DNA of 64,000 nt from the human T2T-CHM13v2.0 reference genome, Homo sapiens (GCF_009914755.1 NC_060947.1), one strand, 5' to 3'; shown: positions 40,273 to 54,739, counted from the first letter of the stretch. The notes: generated from the sequence alone by a model not told the origin. Translations and numbers: made by a program.

Positions 40273-41149
40273 TTATTCTCATTTTTTTAAGGTTCACAAC
40301 TTCCATGATGGAAATAGATTATTAGTAACTATAACTCCTGAAGAACAAGCCAATATTTTGTTGTTGTTGTTTTTCTGTGTCTTCTGTAAAACTATTAATC
40401 TCGGTCAATTAATTTATGGTTTGGGAGGCAGTCAGTCATGTCATGAAGACCTAATCTATCTAGAATAAAAAAACAAGATGCCCAGGCTTAAAATTTCTTT
40501 GTTACAATATAATAGCATTTCTGTAAATAGTAATTTTATTTTTAGAGGAAGAGTAAAACAATTTTTTTTTGTTTGTTTGTTTGTTTTGGTTTCTCCATGA
40601 TCCTTGCATTAGATTTTACATTTAATTTAACTTATTTTAATTTTTATCTACATTTGCTCTTGTTAATAAATACTTTTAAACAAGTACAACAAATAAAATT
40701 CCAGAATTGATCACTTTTATTATTGCAAAAGATAATCTTTCATCTTGAATATTTATGAATTATCATATTCCCTTCTAACAAGGATAGCAATGACAGTTTC
40801 TAATCCTAAATGACTGATACAATTAATTAACCTGTGAAATATAAAATGCTAAAGGAACAAGTCAAGAGAATATATAGAAGTATGAAATCCAAACTAAAAT
40901 TGTTTTTATCTTTTAGTTTGGAAATATACAGGAAATTGCTGAGTTCTGTCTCTATCACCAGATAGCCAAAGTAGAATTTTAGTATGTGCTCATGGAATGG
41001 TGGGTGGATCGATGAAGATTATCAGGAATATTGGAGGGTTTCTATTTTATCTCTTGTGGTATGGCATAAATGGTGAAGCATTAAGGTATGAAAATGTCTA
41101 CCTTGTACTCTCCCATAGTAAATATGATAAGCTATGAAATCTTGAAGTG

Positions 41150-42450
41150 GAAATATCCACAACTCTACAGAAATATAAATAATTGAATCAGCAGATAAAG
41201 GGGGGAGAGGAGGGATAACTCTGCCATACAGAAAAATTCCAGTTTATAAATGTGGACACAATTAGGGAAATACAAAATCATCATCAGGCAAACACACAGT
41301 AACCATTGTTGTTTCAGGCCAAGTCCACTAATATGTGCTAAAATAAGGGGGGCAAAAGTTTTAGGATAAACAGGGTATTAACATAGTTTCAAAATATCTC
41401 CCTCAAGTTATCTATTTGGTTACTGTATTAGTTTGTTCTCATGCTGCTAATAAAGACAAACCCAAGACTGGGTAATTTATAAAGGAGAGAGGTTTAATTG
41501 ACTCAGTTCCACATGGCTGGGGAGGCCTCAGGAAACTTACAATCATGGTGGAAAGGGAAGCAAACATGTCCTTCTTCACGTGCTGGCAGGAGAGAGAAGT
41601 GCAGAGCGAAAAGGGGAAAAGCCCCTTAAAAAACTATCAGATCTTGTGAGAACTCACTCACTATCACGAGAACAGCAACATGGGGGTAACTACCCCTATG
41701 ATTCAGTTACCTCCCACCGGATCCCTCCCACAACACAGGGATTATGGGAACTACAATTCAAGATGAGATTTGGGTAGGGATACAGACAAACCATATCAAT
41801 TACAAAGAGGCTAATGTAGCATCATAGAAGAATAATCAGCAGACTTCACTTTAACCAAGTAATCAAGGTTATAACAGTGACAGTTTTTATGCTCATCCCA
41901 TCTCCTCACCATCATATAATGCATTGAGAAGAACACAGCATCACTTCTGTAGTATTCTTGCCCCTGCAAAAAAGAATAACTTCAGTCTAATCATCAGACA
42001 AACCCAAACTGAAACATTATACAAAATAATTGGCCAGTACTCATTAAAAAATCAAGGTTATGAAATACAAGGGAAGGCTGCCAAACTGTCAAACGTTGGA
42101 AGAGATTAAGGAGAAACAACAACTAACTACAATATAGGACAGCTATATACAATATAGTCAACATTCAGGAGAAACAACAACTAAATACAATATAGTCAAT
42201 ATATTGTAATATATTGACTAGAAATATAATATAGGATCCTGGAATGAATACTGGACTAGAAAAAAAACTGATGAAATTCAAGTGAGGTTTATAGTTTAGT
42301 TGATAGTTATCTTCCAATGATAATTTCCTCATTTTGATCATTTGTTTATGATTATATAAGATACTTGGGGAACTGAGTGAAGAGTGTACAGGTACTCTCC
42401 ACCATTTTTACAATTTTTCTCTAAGTCCAAAATTATTTTAAAATAAGAAG
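41150..42450 (+). mobile_element. Old L1MC/L1MD 3' UTR, interrupted by a THE1 LTR
   Basis: TTTAACCAAGTAATCAAGGTTA..GAAGAACACAGCATCACTTCTGTAGTATTCTTGCC..GGGAACTGAGTGAAGAGTGTACAGGTACTCTC..TCTAAGTCCAAAATTATTTTAAAATAA. Confidence 0.75.
41424..41798 (-). mobile_element. THE1 (THE1C/D-like) MaLR solo LTR
   Basis: TGTATTAGTTTGTTCTCATGCTGCTAATAAAGAC...CAAACCATATCA termini; 5-bp TSD GTTAC/ATTAC. Confidence 0.93.
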
Positions 42451-43674
42451 TAAATAAGCAAACAAACAAAAAGGCAGAAATACTGTCTGCACCTTCCATG
42501 ACACAGGCTTTATCAAGTGATATGATGAATTTGGATGTTATATAGATAAGAAGTGAATTTACACATGTAGTAAAATCGGTGTATCTATTTAATGGACTTT
42601 TTAACCACATGTCGGTATCTTTAACGCCACAGATATACAGTGAGATCATAATAACCAGTATGTCAGCTTGAAGAATAGGAACATATAGTTTTATCTTCTA
42701 AGATTCAAATTATTATTCATGATTTGTTTAAAGCAAATCAAGGCTGAGTTTGTAACTCTGGAATTTTTAACTTACAGATTCTCTTACTCATTCCTGTCTT
42801 CCAAACATAAAACATTTTTATTTCCCTGTCAATTCATTATTAGGAGAAACAAGAATCTTGAAAAAGTCTTTCCTATGCATCCAGCAATAAATGTATTCTA
42901 CTCCACCATGGACTGTTTATTGACTTTATTACAAGTCCATTATCTGTTTTCATTTTTACTTCTCCAAAATTGCTAATTAGAACACAACACAACCATTTGC
43001 ATCCATAGAAAATTTGCGTTTACACGATTATCTCTAAATGGTATTATTTCCATTGAGTTGTATTTCTTTGTGACTTTCCAATCCATATTTTACTAATTCA
43101 TTTTGTGCATAAAATTGCACATGATTTTTAAATTACTATTACTACATTTTACTTTATTTTAAACTTAACCTTTAATATTGCACACTGAGAATCCTTATAA
43201 TAGATTTGAAGTACAATGCCCTTTTTAGGATTTCTATGTGTTTGAAATTACATGTATCAGTGAATAAGGTATACTGTCAAATACTTAATACCTTAAGAAG
43301 TCATTAATGTTACCAAATTATAGTGAATGGTGCTATATTATATTTTGAACGTTTGTGGCCTCTAAACCGGTAGCAAGTCTCTTTTAGATAATTTTGTAAA
43401 CCCCAAAGTTGTGTATTCTATTTAAGATTATTTATACACTCATGTATTGATTGAGATATCTCTGCAAATATGGTTCATTTAGGATGGATCTTGTTAGTTA
43501 TTAGAAGTTAATAGTCAAATAAGTATTCCCCTCCCCTAAGCTTCCAGGCTAACTCATGTCTCCCTAACTTTGGCCACAGGCCCAAGCAAGCATCTATTTT
43601 TAAAGTGACCCTGGAAGTATGTTTCTTGCCTTCGGAAGTAGAGTGATGCATTATCTGGTTTGAGTGGAAAAGTT

Positions 43675-43849
43675 GGCCGGGCGCGGTGGCCCACGCCTGT
43701 AATCCCAGCACTTTGGGAGGCCGAGAAGGGTGGATCACAAGGTCAGGAGATCGAGACCATCCTGGCTAACACAGTGAAACCCCGTCTCTACTAAAAATAC
43801 CGCCGTGGTGGTGGGCGCCTCTAGTCCCAGCTACTCGGGAGGCTGAGGC
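43675..43849 (+). mobile_element. AluY/Sc-like, missing the mid A-tract and 3'-truncated
   Basis: GAGATCGAGACCATCCTGGCTAACAC diagnostic. Ends abruptly at GGCTGAGGC, with no tail. Confidence 0.9.
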
Positions 43850-43987
43850 CACGTAAATACACAATAATTGTTTTGCTAATTAGTTTGAACACTATGAATG
43901 AATTTGTAAAAAAAAAAACTATAATATCCAATAAACCATTCCAAAAAGGAACACGTTTTAAGGGAAATGATTGTATATATGTTATGA

Positions 43988-44182
<195 letters not shown>

Positions 44183-46405
44183 TAAATAATTATTTTGGCA
44201 CCTATCCATCTGCATTCTGACCTCCTTTTGGCGTCCAGAGATCTCAAATCCTTGAGCATTTCAGGGACCACTACTGTGTAATACCCAACTGTGGTTTTGT
44301 TCTTGACTTTCATTTAAATCTGCCATGAAAACACACATAACAAGCAAGTCTTACGTTTCCTAGGTCCCACTATTTTAAGGTTTAATTTGCAAATTAACTT
44401 CCAAAGCTATATTATTCTACTTGTTAGCCCTTTCAAATAGAATCTTGCTGCCAACTGGTTAGCCATTTCAAAGTCTTTAAACATGTGCAATACATTTGTA
44501 TGTATTACACAGTCAATATGTTATTTCATTCTACGTTGATTGCTCTCTATTGGCAATTGTCTTTTTATTTGGGGCTAAAACAAATGCTGAAGTAAAATAA
44601 TGGCAGAGTTTTTCAATATTCGGTAGGAATACAAAATGAAAAGGCTGCCTTTTTTAAATAACCAATCGCTTAAGTACTTCATGTAATACTTCTTAATTTC
44701 ACACTTATAAGAGAATGTTTATACAGGTATAGGGTTACTGAATATTTCACTTAATTTTTTTATAATGATATTATTATTATAAAATTACATGGTGTTTCTT
44801 TTACTGGAAGAAACTATAAAATTCAGTAAACTCCTCTAAACTTCAGTTAATTTCTTTCATATGCAAATACATTCACAACTTTAAATCTATTTGAAGTAAT
44901 TTAGTTCTACAGTATGTTGTGTTTCTCTGTTTACCTACCAACACACACACACCAAGATGCAGATCACAAACACAGAAAAAGAAATTGTTCCCTTGATTTA
45001 GGACTTGAAATATAATCAAGCCTTAAGATGAATAAATTATTTGAAAATATCCTCTAGGTATTTGCACATATAATATATCCCAAGGGTTTTACAATACAAT
45101 GAAATATACTTTTTTTCTAAATGACTGTGCAGACACATGCAGAATCCATTATGCATTAAAGGGACCAATAACTTCTCCTTTCACTGATAATAATTCATGT
45201 AGTGTTATAAACAATGCTAATCTTGCCAGGAGATGGCTTCTTATTCATTTTGAAATTATCAGTGAATCAGACAATATATCTATTTCATGTTGTAAATAAA
45301 TGAGGAAACATAGAGTAAGGGGAAAAATAATCCTAAAATAAAATGTATACAATAGTATTGCCCTTGATTTTAAAGTACTTGTGTAAGTAACAGAAAATCA
45401 TGATGTCTAATGTAAATGTCCCAAGTTTTAGAAGAGTGGCTAAATCCATTGACAGAGTACTCAATGCTGTATAACAGAGAAAGAAATAGGTGTATTTAGG
45501 TGTATTATTGTAAACAGGTGTATTTTTATAAGTAACGTGCTAATCATGGATTTGCTTGATGGAATCTATTCCAAAGAACCCAACTTAGTTCTTGAAGTGC
45601 CGTAGGTCTCACCTTCCCAATTAGATTGTAAGCTCTCCTTCATCAACTATTACCTCTTTTTTTTTGTTTGTTTGTATCTCCCATAGTACCTAGAACTGTA
45701 CTGATTCTTAATCAGTAGTCAACAATTGCCTATAGAACCTAATGAAATACTTAGTGTATTCGTTCCAGCAACATGTTCAGCACTGTTTCATTGAGGAGAG
45801 GGGATAATAAGCAGGATGGTATGATAGGAAATATGCATTGACCTGGATTTTTAAATGAAAAATGAAATAAATTAAAATATTAAAACTTAAATGTTAAAAA
45901 TCTCTATATAGGATTATAGTCACATGACTTATGAAGCTTTGAGCAAAAATATGCCAAGAAGGAAATCATAACTAACTGGCATTTATTCTTGCAAAGTAAA
46001 AAATTAAAAAGCTTTCAAACAAACAAAAACCAAATACACACTTGATAAAAATTATTTTTATCTCCCTATAAAGGTTTTTGTTTTACTTTTGTTTTTGGTG
46101 GATTGATTTTATATGATGCTAAGAGCTCTGAAACAGCAGGGCTGTTTTCCAAATTTAGCCCCCACTAAGTGAGGGAAATGCATTTCCAACTCTATGTTTG
46201 CTTTTAATTATTTATTTACCAGGTTGCCCTTTCTCCAGAGGTAGTAAATCCACTTACCTTTTATGCATTTTTGTCTCTTGAACTGAAAGTATAGGTAGGA
46301 TCTTTGTCTCAGCAAGAAGAGGAAATAGACTAGACTGCGGGGGTGAGGGCAGTGCAGGCAATCTCGTAATGTGTTAATAGTAACCAGCAGGAATAATTCT
46401 GACTA

Positions 46406-46495
46406 GATCATTTCCACTAAATAGTTTAGTTTGTGAAGAAGACTGACAGGATCATTTCCACTAAATAGTTTAGTTTGTGAAGAAGACTGACAGGA
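46406..46495 (+). repeat. Perfect 44-bp tandem duplication
   Basis: GATCATTTCCACTAAATAGTTTAGTTTGTGAAGAAGACTGACAG at 46406-46449 and 46450-46493. Confidence 0.97.
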
Positions 46496-46707
46496 GTGAA
46501 GGCTCAGAAGATTATTTGGAAAAGACCAGTGCTTTGCATCTGGTGAAAGTCCCAGCAAATCATGGTATCAGTGAGGACTATACTAGGTGTCTCTTTTTCC
46601 ATCTGACATATACCCGTGCAAAGTTTTAAGATTCAGCAGTAAAGCTTTTATTCTCCTACCACAATCACTATGGCTGCCACTGGTTGTGAAAATCACCTCA
46701 TTTTATT

Positions 46708-47341
46708 GTTTTTTTCTTCAACTTTTATTTTTAAGCTCTAGGGTACATGTGCAGGATTTGCAAGTTTGTTACATATGCAAATATGTGCTATGGTGGTTTG
46801 CCGCATAGATCAACCCATCACCTAGGTATTAAGCCCAGCATGCACTAGCTATTCTTCCTGATGCTTTCCCTCCTCCTTCCCCACCTCCAGACTCCAGTGT
46901 GTGTTGTTTCCACCCATGTGTCCATGTGTTCTCATCTTTCAGCTCCCACTTATAAGTGAGAACATGCAGTGTTTTGGTTTTCTGTATCTGCATTAGTTTG
47001 CTGAGGATAACGGCTTCAAGCTCCATCCATGTCCCTGCCAAGAACATGATCTCATTCCTTTTTATGGCTTCATAGTATTCCATGGTGTCTATGTACCACA
47101 TTTGCTTTATCTAGTCTATCATTGACGGGCATTTATGTTGATTCCATGTCTTTGCTATTATGGATAGTGCTACAGCAGACATATGTGTGCATGTGTCTTT
47201 ATAATAGAACAATCTGTATTCATTTGGGTATATACCCAGTAATGGGATTGCTGGGCCAAAGGGGATTTCTGTCCCTAGGCCTTTGAGGAATTGCCACACT
47301 GTCTTCCACAATGACTGAACTAATTAACATTCCCACCAGCA
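46708..47341 (-). mobile_element. Older L1PA 3' fragment (L1PA13-like)
   Basis: ORF2 C-terminal peptides in the ORF track (WKTVWQFLK..PAIPLLGIYP) plus the 3'UTR and T-rich tail. Confidence 0.92.
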
Positions 47342-47475
47342 GAATCACTTTATCCAAGTGCTTCAAGCTGTTCTGTAACTTAAGGTGGAATTTTCGACAA
47401 TGTCAAAATTACTCAGTTTCATACTGTTGATGTTCATGTAAATTTTTGGTTAATTTTTTAACAGCTTGTTTGAGA

Positions 47476-47903
47476 TATCAAAAGACAGAATTATAACTAA
47501 TTTAGTTCTAGATCTAATTGACTTTCCTTCTCATTCATGTATCGCAAATAGAACAAGCACTCCCACTGTGCAATGGCAGAACAGTGAGTTTCATAAGGGG
47601 GTACAAGGTAACAGAACAATAGAAAAAAAACTGATTGGTTAACGTCAGCTTGCTTCAGGTTACTTTTTTTTGGTAAGGGTTTAAGCAGAGGAGACCTCCT
47701 TATTACACTGACTCAGGTAGGATTGGAAGTATCCTGTTTTCAGGAAAAACTGATCTGTTTCAGGATCTGTCTGCTTCCTTAGAGTTTCAATTTGATTATT
47801 TGGCCTTTGGCATGATTGCCTCCATTTTTGTTCGATCTGCTCTTTAGGGCCAACTGTAGTAGCTAAATCCAAAACAATGGACTGGCATAATTTTTGTTTA
47901 ACA
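47476..47903 (-). mobile_element. ERV1 MER4-group solo LTR (MER57/MER72-like)
   Basis: Reverse strand begins TGTTAAACAAAAATTATGCCAGTCCATTGTTTTGGATTTAGCTAC..GGCCCTAAAGAGCAGATCGAACAAAAATGGAG. TSD-like GAGA/GAGT. Subfamily uncertain. Confidence 0.75.
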
Positions 47904-47920
47904 GAGTTATAATTTAAATA

Positions 47921-48412
47921 CAGTTGGCCCTTGAACAACGTGGGTGTTCAGGGTAATGAACCCTGTGCAGTTGAAAATCTGCATATAACTTTTGACATCA
48001 CAAAACCTTAACTACTAATAGCCTATTGTGAAGAGTTACTGATATTATAAACAGTTGATTAACAAATGTTTTCTATGTTATATGTATTATGTACTGGATT
48101 CTTACAATAAAGTAAGCTAGGGAAAAGAAAATGTTATTAAGAAAATCATAAGGAAAAGAAAATATATTTGCTATTCATTAAGTGGAAGTGGATCGTCATA
48201 AAGGTCTTCATTCTCATCATCTTTTCATTGAGTGGGCTGAGGAGGAGGAGGAAGAGAAGGAGTTGGTCTCGCTGTCTCAGGGGTGGCAGAGGTAGAAACA
48301 GTGGAGGAAGTGGAAGGGGAGGCAGGAACACTTGGTGTAACTTTTTCTGAAACAAAATCTGTGCATAAGTGGACTTGAGCAGTTCAAACCCATGTTATTC
48401 AAGGATCAACTG
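47921..48412. mobile_element. Tigger2-derived non-autonomous DNA transposon
   Basis: TIRs CAGTTGGCCCTTGAACAACGTGGG / CCCATGTTATTCAAGGATCAACTG flanked by TA. Internal AAGTGGAAGTGGATCGTCATAAAGGTCTTCAT. Confidence 0.9.
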
Positions 48413-51400
48413 TATTTGGTTAGTTGCTGATATGTCTTCTTTTTCGCAGGTATACCCTTGTAGGAAATTAAAGCCCACTTTCTCCATTATTATCTCTTTA
48501 AGAGAGGTTTTTCTTCTTAAAATTTATTTTTTATCTCTCTGATATGATACTGCCTCTCTTCCATCTTTATCATTTGCAACCAAATTATATCTAGAACCAG
48601 AACCTGTTTATGAAAAGATGTGCCTTCTCACTTCGTGCTGCTGAAGAAAGATCCACAGTGATAGTAGAGAAAGCAACATATTAGCTGCTAAAAAGATTGC
48701 AAACATAAACTACAATTGTAAATTTTGAAGTCAACTATGTTCTGAGCTTGATTTCTTTGCTTCAACTGTCTGTATGAAATGGAATAAATACAGCTAACCA
48801 ACCTTCAGGGATAGTTTTGAGGAATGTTGTGAAAAATAATAAGGTGCAATCGTCACAAAAATAATTTTCTAGAAAAACTGAATTGAAAATCAACCTGAGT
48901 ATTTAAGATACAGTTTTAAAAAACTATGAGAACAACCTTTCTTTCTAAAACTTAATTATCTTATTTTTCTTTATGATTATCTAATTTTGTCATATTAATG
49001 TTGTCAAGGTGCCATATTATGTACAATGAATAGAGAACTTGAGTTCTGAGCAAAAGTTACATTTTAGATTTTGTAATAACATTGAGAAGATTCAAGATAA
49101 TGAGCTTTGTGTTTGGTTATTTATGTAAGTAGTTGAACACTCACTTTTTTTTCTTTCTTGACTTGATTTTTAAGGCCATTTATATTAGATCTTCCCTAAT
49201 TCATACATATGACTTTTTTCTTTTAGGTATAATCCATTGTATAGTCACTTTTAAGATGTTTTGAAAATTAAAAATATTTTAAATTCAATAAATAGCAATA
49301 TTGGATCTTTAAATTCAATAGGGAAATCTCAGGAAATGTACTGTAAGTTACTTCCCTATGCTTGTCTTGAATAATCTTTTAATTTTATTTTTAGTTAAAA
49401 AATTACTTAGCAACTGTAGCAGTGACATAGGTAACAGAACTGCCTTACAAACAACCTTGCATTATATTCATTTTCTACTATATTTTTTAACATCCTGTAG
49501 TCTATGAATTATCAGAATCATTGACCTCTTAATCATTTGTTTGCTTCTTGAATTTTAAGGGAACTCTGGGCACTATCAAAATGAGGGAAACATAATATCA
49601 CATTCTAAGGACCTTACTATATTCAAACCTATAAGCAACAAATTTAAGTACTAGATTATAGGCTAATCTTAAAAACTATTTTTTATAGTATCAGTTGTTT
49701 TTTTAACAAAAAATACCTTAGAGAAAAACAATAAAAATTAATTATTTATGCAGAGCTCTAATTTTATTCTCTGTAACAGGATGCTTGGTTTCTGTCTTAT
49801 TGTTTCCCTGAGACATCAAAAACAGGACTTAAATAAATTTTCGAAAAGAGGGTTTCTATAGTTACGTGTTTTTGTTTGTTTTTTAGTATTGGGTACTAGA
49901 TACATTACGTACTTGTAATCTGACATAAACAATTTAATTATCATTAGCTTATTGTATCTTTGCTGTTGATCAACTCAACACTCAAAGCTTACTCTTCGCT
50001 ACCAGTGTCTTACAAAATATGTACTGACTATATTTTGAGAAGCCTAAAATAAATGACAAAAGTACTAATTTGCTGAACTTTGGAAGTGTATGAGAATGTT
50101 TAAGCGATTTATGACATGTTGAGGCTATGGAAGGTAGAATGGAAGATGTGGAACTGGGTGACATTGAAGTAACATGTAAAATGATTTCTAGGAAGCCAAG
50201 GAACTAAATTGTACTCAACTAGTTTTTCCTGTGAGCCCAGATTGTGCACAGACCCTCTTCCAAACGTGTTTCACAAATCCAAGGCAGTTATAGAAGAAGT
50301 AAGAATGTGTGTCCTGATTATGAGCCAGAAACATGACCTTTACTGAAAGGCAATGATATATTTATTAACTATTTAAACATTTCTAGAAATCTACAGACTC
50401 ATTTAATGCTTGCATTAAAGTTATTTTAACAAAATCCACTTACATACTTTCTTCTTATGTATGGTAAAAATTACTTTCCTCTAAACATGGTAAAAATTAT
50501 CACCTGTATCTGCCCATGTCTTGGAAGAGAAAGTACATACAAAAAAATCTGTTTCATTGATATTGAAGGACAATATATGTATGTATCTACAACACAAATA
50601 TACCTTTGATTTACTAAGCCAAGTAAAAAATGGAAGTGTTTGGGTATAATAGACTCTCAATGACAAGTCCTGCCACTTTTTCTTTCTTAGCACGTCTTCC
50701 TTTGTAGACTATATTGTTTCTAAAGTGAGACTATTTATGAGTTTATCCTCCTAGCATAGATGCCTGATCTGTTCTCCTTTTAGCTTGAAACTATTTCAGT
50801 AAGAGCTTTACACAATAGGCTTGAGGGCACTTTAAGAACATGTCTTAAGAATATTTGAAATTAATGACTAATCATCCCAATTCAATAGGACAAATATTCT
50901 GATCTACATTTGTGCATCACCCACACATTTTTGTTTTAAAATTTTTATTTAGCTCTTAGAGATGCTGTGAGGGAAGCCATCCTCCAAAGCTCCAAAATTC
51001 TATAATTATTTTTAAAATTGTATTTATGGCTAGGTATAAATTCAAGATAAGTGGGTGTAGAACCTGAAAAAGCATAGATGGGGAAGTAAAAATAGGTATT
51101 ACAGTATGTGCCCCAATAAGTAAACTCTACTCCATATATTATCCTCTTGCATATTCTTTAAATCTGGTGTTACCAAAATGGGAACCAAGAATTATTTTTT
51201 TTACCTGTAATATTTCATAAACATGCTCTTACATAACCCTCCTGCTTTGGAGGATCTAAAGCACAAAATGGAAGAGAGATTATATAGCCACAGTTTTTCC
51301 TTGGGATTATTAGGTATTTCAAGTAAGTGTTAGATACTTAGGGCCAAAAATTAACTTCTACTTCAACTAAAATGTGTGCGTATGTAAATAATATAATATA

Positions 51401-52057
51401 TACAATGTAATATATATAACATGTGTATATAGTTAAGATTATTTTTGAAATAAGTGACTTTTGTAGGGTGGTGGCACTGTTGACATACCAAGGCAGGAAT
51501 AGATACTTTCTTTCAAATGATTTACAGAGGTCAAAAGTAAAGGTACATGTGTTATACAATACTGTCTATGATATATGTTCTACACTTGTGTCAGTTTTTT
51601 TTTTATACAGGGGAGAATAGGACTAATTAGTCTTTTTCATTGCATTTTCTATCAACAGGTTCTTTTCTAAAGTTCATGTAGTAAGTAATATGTCATAGAA
51701 ACTGAAAAAAGGATAGCAATCATAGGCTGGCTTTTATCTTACCAATTAATCTAAGAACCATATACACACAATAATTCGCTGGTAATAAGTTAAAGTTTTC
51801 TCAGAATGTGAAGTATTACTTTAATTCGATGAGCAGATTGGTACATTAGAGCTTTTTCATTGGAGAAGAAAAACTTCATAAAGCCTAATTCCCTTTTGAT
51901 TTATATAACAGTACCCAAACTCTTACTGAGCCCCCTTCGTCTATTACTTAGAATTGTGATGATCATATGAATTGGGAATCATTTAATTGAGCATAATAAT
52001 CATCAGGCAAGCCAGTGAACCAGGTTGTTGAACAAATTAAGCTTATTACCATTAAGA

Positions 52058-52195
<138 letters not shown>

Positions 52196-52267
52196 TCACT
52201 TCTATCTTTTAAGCACTAAGTTAAAAGAGTACTTTTACACAATAAACTAGGGGCGTTTTATACTTAC

Positions 52268-52456
52268 AACAGCTAACATTCATTAGACATTATGTATCCA
52301 GCATTATTCTAAGAGTATTGTATGCATTTTTCACTGTCTCCATACAACAACTATTTACAATAAGTTTTGTTCATAACCTCATTTAAAAGATGAGAAAACA
52401 ATCATAGAGAAGTTAAATAATTGGCCTCAGATCACACAGCTTAAAAGTAGCAATGC
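52268..52456 (-). mobile_element. MIR
   Basis: CCTCATTTAAAAGATGAGAAAAC..AGAGAAGTTAAATAATTGGCCTCAGATCACACAGCT. Confidence 0.75.
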
Positions 52457-52915
52457 TGCCAGACGTGGTGGTTCACACCTCTATAATCCTAGCACTTTGG
52501 GAGGCCAAGGCGGGAGGTTCACTTGAAGTGAGGAGTTTGAGACCAGCCTGGCCAACATGGTGAAACCCTGTCTCTACAAAAATACAGAAATTAGCTGGGC
52601 AAGGGCTTACTTGGCCGGGCTCAGTGGCTCACGCCTGTAATCCCAGCACTTTGGGAGGCCGAGGCAGGTGGATCATCCAAAGTCAGGAGTTCAAAATCAG
52701 CCTGGCCAACATGGTGAAACCTCGTCTCTACTAAAAATACAAAAAAATTAGCTGGGTGTGGTGGCAGGTGCCTGTAATCCCAGCTACTTGGGAGGCTGAG
52801 GCAGGAGAATTACTTGAACGTGGGAGGCAGAGGTTGCAATGAACCTAGATCGCGCCACTGTACTACAGCTTGAGCAACAGAGTGATACTCTGTCTCAAAA
52901 AAAAAAAAAAAAAAA
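52457..52915 (+). mobile_element. Composite Alu: left arm (52457-52601), 11-nt linker, full AluS (52613-52915)
   Basis: Two successive left monomers, then one right monomer and poly-A. Confidence 0.92.
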
Positions 52916-54739
52916 GCAATTCTGAGGCAACTCCTTTAGCAATTTACTGCATAAAGTTTTCTATTTTTGTCCTCAGAAAATCGTCTTTTATGTATTTGGT
53001 CTTTATTAACTATGTAACCATTATATTGACATTTGGCCAAATGCAAAATGCATTCTTATCCTGAAATAAGCAATTAAAAATGAATTGATATTTTTAGGCA
53101 AGCCTAGCATGTAGCAACACACTTTTTATGGTTTTGCTAATCTGATAGTGTAAGTTCAATGTTTATAATGAAGATGTATTTACCAAAACTCAAATTTATG
53201 CAATATATTAAATTTATCATTAAATGTATAAATTTTTGACAGATAGATTATTAATATCCTCTATATGCAAACCCATAGACTATTATCACGAGTTAGCCAT
53301 GTGTTTGCCTTTAGGCAGTTTGCCCGAATAAAAAATATTCAAGAGCAAATTTTTTTTAATTTTAACTATAGTAGTGTTTTATAATTAATGTACGAGTTTA
53401 GCTGAAGAAAAGACCTGAATAAAGAATAGACTTAAAGTTCATTCGTATTTAAGTTACTGGCTATTGTCACTGAATTATCTATTCTTGGTTTTATGAATAG
53501 GCATGGAAATCATGAACTGGACTCATCATCACACTTATGTCATTTATTTGATTTGTGAAACATTTTGGATCAATAATTTTAATTAATATATATCTAATGT
53601 GTTTCCATTTTGTAAAACAATTTCTTTACAGTTCTTAACACATTGAGGGAGAAATCAAACAGATTAACATTCAAATTTTCATGTATGACCATTGGTAAAC
53701 ACAGAACAGAAGGAAAACATCCCAAAATGTTTTTTCTACCAAAATTATGGATGACTCTTTACAAATAAATTTCAGCAGTTTTAGATAAATTTAAATGAAT
53801 ATTGAATTAAAATGGCAAAAGCAATTAAATAGAAATATAGTTATATGCCTTGTTTTCAGATCCCAGATGCCTGATCTCCAGATTACGTGAAAATTATTAT
53901 TAATCTCAATGACAAATATTGAAATGAGCATTTTGCTATGTTACTGATAAGTTGCAGTTTTTAATCAATAGATTGAAAAACTCACAAGATTTGGATTTGT
54001 AACACGTTGCTACAAGATTTGGGTTTGACATTTGCTTTAACGTTTAATTCAATTATTTTTACATTTCCACTGAGATTGACTTGTATAACAACATGGTGTT
54101 TATTTCAATTGTTAAGTTGATCTGTGATGGCTTCGAAAATATGTAATGTTCCTTAATGTATAAATGTTTTAAAATACTATAAAACTTGCAGAATATTTCT
54201 TTTACCATTAGCATTATTATACTGTAATCATTCACATTATTGATGTGGACTATTATTTTTAAGAAATTGGTATTCACAGTAATAGGCTGAGGCATTAGCA
54301 TTATTCATAGTCAGAAGTTCATTGGAAAGTAAAATTAAATATTCAAATACCTTATAATATTTTCTTTAAAAATAGCAATAGTTGTATTCACTCGCAACAT
54401 ACTTGAGCATGAGTCTAATATGCACTTGTCATAGAGCCTGTTCATAGAAAAATGAATAATAACAGTACCCAAACATTTGTCTTCTCCTTCTTTCTCAATC
54501 ATGGAAATGAAAAAGGTCACTACTATTTATATTAATATGTATCAGAAACCGTTGGGCTTCTGCTAGATACAAGCAAATAAATATAAACAAGAAGAATAGC
54601 AGATCCTGAGCATTTGCCTTTATAAGAGAGAAGTGCTAAATCTGAAAAGTAGAGTAACTTGGACTATAAAATTAAAGTTTATCTGAAATGTGGTGTATAA
54701 TCATATTTTAACCTCATCTCTGCTAAAAAGGTAAATTAA

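Noticed and set aside
46406-46495. Direct repeats of CRISPR-like length
   Set aside because: Two adjacent copies with no spacer, in eukaryotic DNA with no cas genes; a simple tandem duplication.
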